From: Saccostrea cucullata
Taxonomy: Eukaryota
Length of the DNA stretch: 64,000 nt
Assembly (NCBI RefSeq): GCF_032062105.1
Contig: NW_026932728.1
Location: 124,001-188,000 of the forward strand
Direction of reading: 5' to 3'
A program made the translations under genes and the position numbers. Of the stretch, positions 11,835 to 64,000 are shown in pieces; position 1 is the stretch's first letter, and every line of letters starts with the position of its first letter. The notes below the pieces were generated by a model. The model saw only the letters and a list, made by a program, of their open reading frames with translations. It was not told the DNA's origin and searched no databases.

Positions 11835-12790
11835 TGGAGATAACGAACATCATTCTAGATCAAAAGTCCATAAAACAAGACAAAATAGGAGCAGAGCAAA
11901 TACGGACCTCCAAAACATTAGAGGTAGGATCAGGTGCCATAGAAGATTGAAAAATCCCCTGCCAACCGGTCACACCCGTCGTGTGCTCCTTGTCATGATC
12001 GGGAATGACGGAAAAATCCGTCGTCATTTCAGTGTATAAATAACTGAATAACAACTAGTATGAAAAACGTCAGTCAGCATTTGACTCAGTTATAAATTGT
12101 ATTTGCTGACAAGGTCATTGTATCGACCATAGAACTTACGAAATGATTACTTTAAACGAGACAGCTGAAATCCTTGTTATCTACTTGTTTGTCAATAATT
12201 TACCTCGTTGTAGAAATTATTCATACGTAGAGCATTCTCTTGCGGATCTAATCAACTGAGGTATGTAAACTCCGTATGCAGGTGATGAAGGTATATTGCT
12301 GCATACGTAAGGGAAATTGACGTCTGAAAAGTTAAAGTCATTACGTTCATCATAGAGCTTGGTTGTTGGATTACCATTAACGCTTTTTTCAAGTAAAATA
12401 TCTAAATATGAAACCGATGTGTCAGACTCTGAGGTATCTTTTATCTCAAGCTCACCAGGATATATCATATCGACATAAGATTGGAATTTCCATTGTTAAT
12501 AAACAGTACGTCGTCGATATATCTGAATGTCGAGTTGAATGTTTCTTCGTTTCACGCATACGATTTTGCACAAAGTATGCTTAATATGAATACGATAATA
12601 AGTATGCTAATAACGGAGTGCAATTGGTACCCATGGGAATTTCAATAGATTGTTGGAAGACCTGGTCTCAAAAAACCACATCAATAGATATTGTCAATCA
12701 GAAACTCAAGCATCTTTTTTATGTCGACTTTAGAGTACTTGTGTGTGCAATCAGAATGCTTTTAGTAAAATTATTTGCAAATGACATATG
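11835..12790 (-). mobile_element. Penelope-like retroelement fragment with RT catalytic core
   Basis: Minus strand IPMGTNCTPLLAYL, FNSTFRYIDDVL, IYPGELEIKDT, VNFPYVCSNIPSSPAYGVYIPQLIR. Overlaps in sequence (SDCTHK..VDIK) with the end of the + strand copy at ~4980-5020. Confidence 0.85.
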
Positions 12791-12990
12791 ACAAAGTAAG
12801 TAACAAAAGTAAACTAAGCATGTAGCTATATCAAAGTCAACTTCGTCACATATTTCCGTAGAATACTCAAGATATTCTGGGCGTACAAGATCAGAAATGC
12901 AACGTTGTGCCAGATCATAGAAAGCTACGGAAATTAATTAACCATGTCTTGAGAATGGAAAAAATCAGATATACCAAGGGTTCTTGGATT

Positions 12991-13219
12991 ACCATTGCAA
13001 TTCAACGCTTAATGTCATAAATCATTGCATTAACAGTTGACATGCTCATCCGCTTAATGATATAATTCTTTCATTAAGCGGTGATTTAACATTAGCGGTT
13101 GAAAAGGTTAACCATTAATGCAATAATTTATGGCATTGGGCCTTACAGTTGCAACGTTAACGCTTAATGATATGTGTATCATTAAGCGGCTTTATATCAT
13201 TAGCGGCTGCTACAATGGT
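12991..13219. mobile_element. Palindrome-rich MITE-like element
   Basis: ACCATTG...CAATGGT ends and two internal CGCTTAATGA..TCATTAAGCG hairpins. Confidence 0.45.
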
Positions 13220-15059
13220 CTCTACTTGGAAAGCGAAACAAAGTGCAACAAAAGGATAGAGGCATGGCGATTCTCAGTAGAAAAAGAAATGAAAGATCAG
13301 GGTGGACTTCGGGCATAGTACTGTCCTTTCTGAGTACAAATTGTATTTGATAAAATGAAATACGTCAGACAGATCAGTACAGCAAATGTCAGTGTAAAGA
13401 CAGGGATGGGGTACCTCGGTGCAGGCCATAAACTTGTGCTCGAAGCAGGAGGAGAACTTTAAGTTCGTAGTAATATAAGAAAGATCGTTTCTTTTCTGAA
13501 AGATTTGAGCAAAGATACTGGATTTGAATTTAGAAGAAAACAGTTTTCATTATTTGATATTAGTTCTTGAAATTAAAATGATTTTTTTTTTTTTTGGAGA
13601 AAATTAATATTATTCAAGCTCAGAAGTCCATTAAACAATACAAAATAGGAGTAGAGACCTCGCGCAATTGCGAAACTCGTAACACTGTAAATATAGACGG
13701 GTGTTAGTATTTTTGGTCATGTTATTGTTTTGTCTACATGGATTTTTCTGCCAGTTTGTACCTACCTTCTATAACGTCCTTTGATGATGTCCCTCTAAAT
13801 TGTTTAATAAGTTTTCAATTGAACTGACAGAGGTTCTTCTTATGGTAAAGCTAAAATGATTGATAAAATGTGCAAATCAAGAAGTAGTCATAATATATGT
13901 TTCTTTAAAATTATAAGCAGGGAAAAGGAGAGATTAATAGAGTGATTTTGATGTCTATAGTCAATTTTGTTATAATTACCGTACGTACTACACAAATAAG
14001 CGTATTATGGTTTTTAACGGGACGTAGAGCATTCATGTGAGTTGTATTATCTTTCTAATGGGAAAAAAAACTTGTTACCGATAAACTCTTTTTTTAAACT
14101 GTGCAAATAAATAAATTTCAATATTAAAAGAACCTGTTAAAAGTTATCTTTAAGAAAACAAGACCAAAAATTGGATGTCAGCCTTTAAATTAATTTTCAA
14201 CGTTTTAATGTCTTAGACGACGTATAGATATATTTAAAGTCAGAAATGGATATTTTGACGTTACAGAATCAGCCCCAATTCTGTGTGCAAAGTCAGCAAA
14301 CACGGGCGTTCGTACACGATTCCTGCACAGATCACATGCCACGGCTATATGCCTAATCTTCTTTACTTGGTATCTACATACATTTATATTTAAAGACGAA
14401 AGATAAAATACACAAAACGTATTCCATCTAAAAATCATATTAGACTGTATTAAAGTACCATGCTAATTTACTGTAAAATAACTAATTTAATTTAATTTAA
14501 AATAACTAATATATAAGTTAATGTTTTTTATGTATGTACTCATATTTTTTCTCTCCATATATGACGGTATGTATTACAGTGTATTTCTCAAAATATTTAA
14601 TATTTTATTTTAATTTTATTTAAACATAGCACATGTATTTTTCTTTTCTTTGTTTAAAGCTTTTTAGAATAATTTTATATATATAGTTGCATTTTTATTT
14701 AAATGGGGGGGGGGGGAGACAATATTAAATAAAAAAAATACAATGCCCAAAGATTTAAAAAAAAGTTTTCGAAGCATTGCAAAATATTCTAATTTTATAC
14801 TTTTTAAAATGGGAGGATTCAGTTCTATGCTTAAATTAATTTTGAATTAAGTCGATATTTCTAAATATATTGTGCCAGGATAATTTTTTTTTTTTTTCAG
14901 TTTAGACAACAGTTTTTGTCTCTTACAAGACATGGACAAATTTTCAAATCATAAATTATTTGGTATCTTCACCATGTGAATTTAAGAATCAAATCAAATA
15001 AAAAAAAACAAAACAAAACAAACAAAAAACAAAAACAACTCTGTAAAAAAAAATCTATT

Positions 15060-15370
15060 CTTTGTGCGTCATACAACCGCACCTGTGGTTCCGGATGATG
15101 TCATCGTGTGAGAGTTATCGCCCTTAGACTGATATCCCACAATGCACTGAACTGTCACTCGCATGTGTAAATATAGCGGAACAGTTCCAAGTTTGGAAAC
15201 TTTTTCTGATGCATGCATCCATTTGCATGATGATCCCTCAATTTAAATCAGAAAACAGTCTCCAAACGACAATTATTTGTTGTTAAGAAACCGGTATTGA
15301 CGCGTGGTGTGGTTCTCGTGGGCGCAAAGTTGAAGAGGAAGTGAAGTTTTTTCAATGAATCAAATCCAAG
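15060..15370 (+). promoter_or_regulatory. Promoter / 5' UTR region of the kinase gene
   Basis: Rise in GC/CpG just upstream of the ATG. ZNF143/Staf-like ATCCCACAATGCA (15134-15146), ETS-like AGGAAGTG, and YY1-like CAAGATGGC overlapping the start codon. These are motif matches only. Confidence 0.5.
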
Positions 15371-63761
<48,391 letters not shown>

Positions 63762-63830
63762 ACCTGTTACCATGGAGATATTTAAATTTCTCAGGGTATC
63801 GAGAAATAAACCAATGGGAAAGAAGCTAGG

Positions 63831-63844
63831 GTTACCATGGCAAC
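63831..63844. promoter_or_regulatory. RFX X-box consensus match in the 3' UTR region
   Basis: GTTACCATGGCAAC; a second partial match GTTACCATGGAGAT at 63766-63779. Motif match only. Confidence 0.4.
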
Positions 63845-64000
63845 AGAAATATGTTATGAGTAACAGTCACACAATTGTAATTATGGACTAATTAGCAAAT
63901 TGATGAGGCTTTGTCTAGATCTGAAATGTGCAGCTACTTCACTGCACGTTGTCTTTCTTTCGAATGTGTTGTTTTTTCGATTTTTATTTTCGTTTCATTC

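Noticed and set aside
6880-12790. Hammerhead ribozyme in Penelope-like fragments
   Set aside because: No CTGANGA..GAAA core with flanking stems found by eye.

Overview
AT-rich eukaryotic genomic DNA, most likely a bivalve and probably an oyster. This is inferred from the B-box/NHL TRIM-like gene type, Helentron/pearl-type satellite carriers and a familiar mollusc SINE. 437-2179 is a single-exon B-box/coiled-coil/NHL-like gene. About 2.5-14.5 kb is nested, decayed mobile DNA (Penelope-like RT fragments on both strands, TIR elements, a SINE, a full-length dead mariner) plus a pseudogenised signal-peptide+ShKT exon. 15371-63761 (+) is a complete misshapen/MAP4K4/TNIK/MINK1 (GCK-IV Ste20) kinase gene, which I reconstructed by hand as 32 core exons (~1000 aa, kinase domain + CNH domain). 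It also has two candidate cassette exons, one GC-AG intron and a candidate internal first exon in a 19-kb intron that would give a kinase-less CNH isoform. The most striking pattern is that at least a dozen splice junctions of this gene carry tandem duplications whose unit straddles the exon-intron boundary (splice site plus adjacent exon end), with the extra copies on the intron side. They range from near-perfect arrays to decayed copies. Some create in-frame alternative acceptors or micro-exons, and one appears to have remodelled an exon start. All coordinates and alignments were made by eye.
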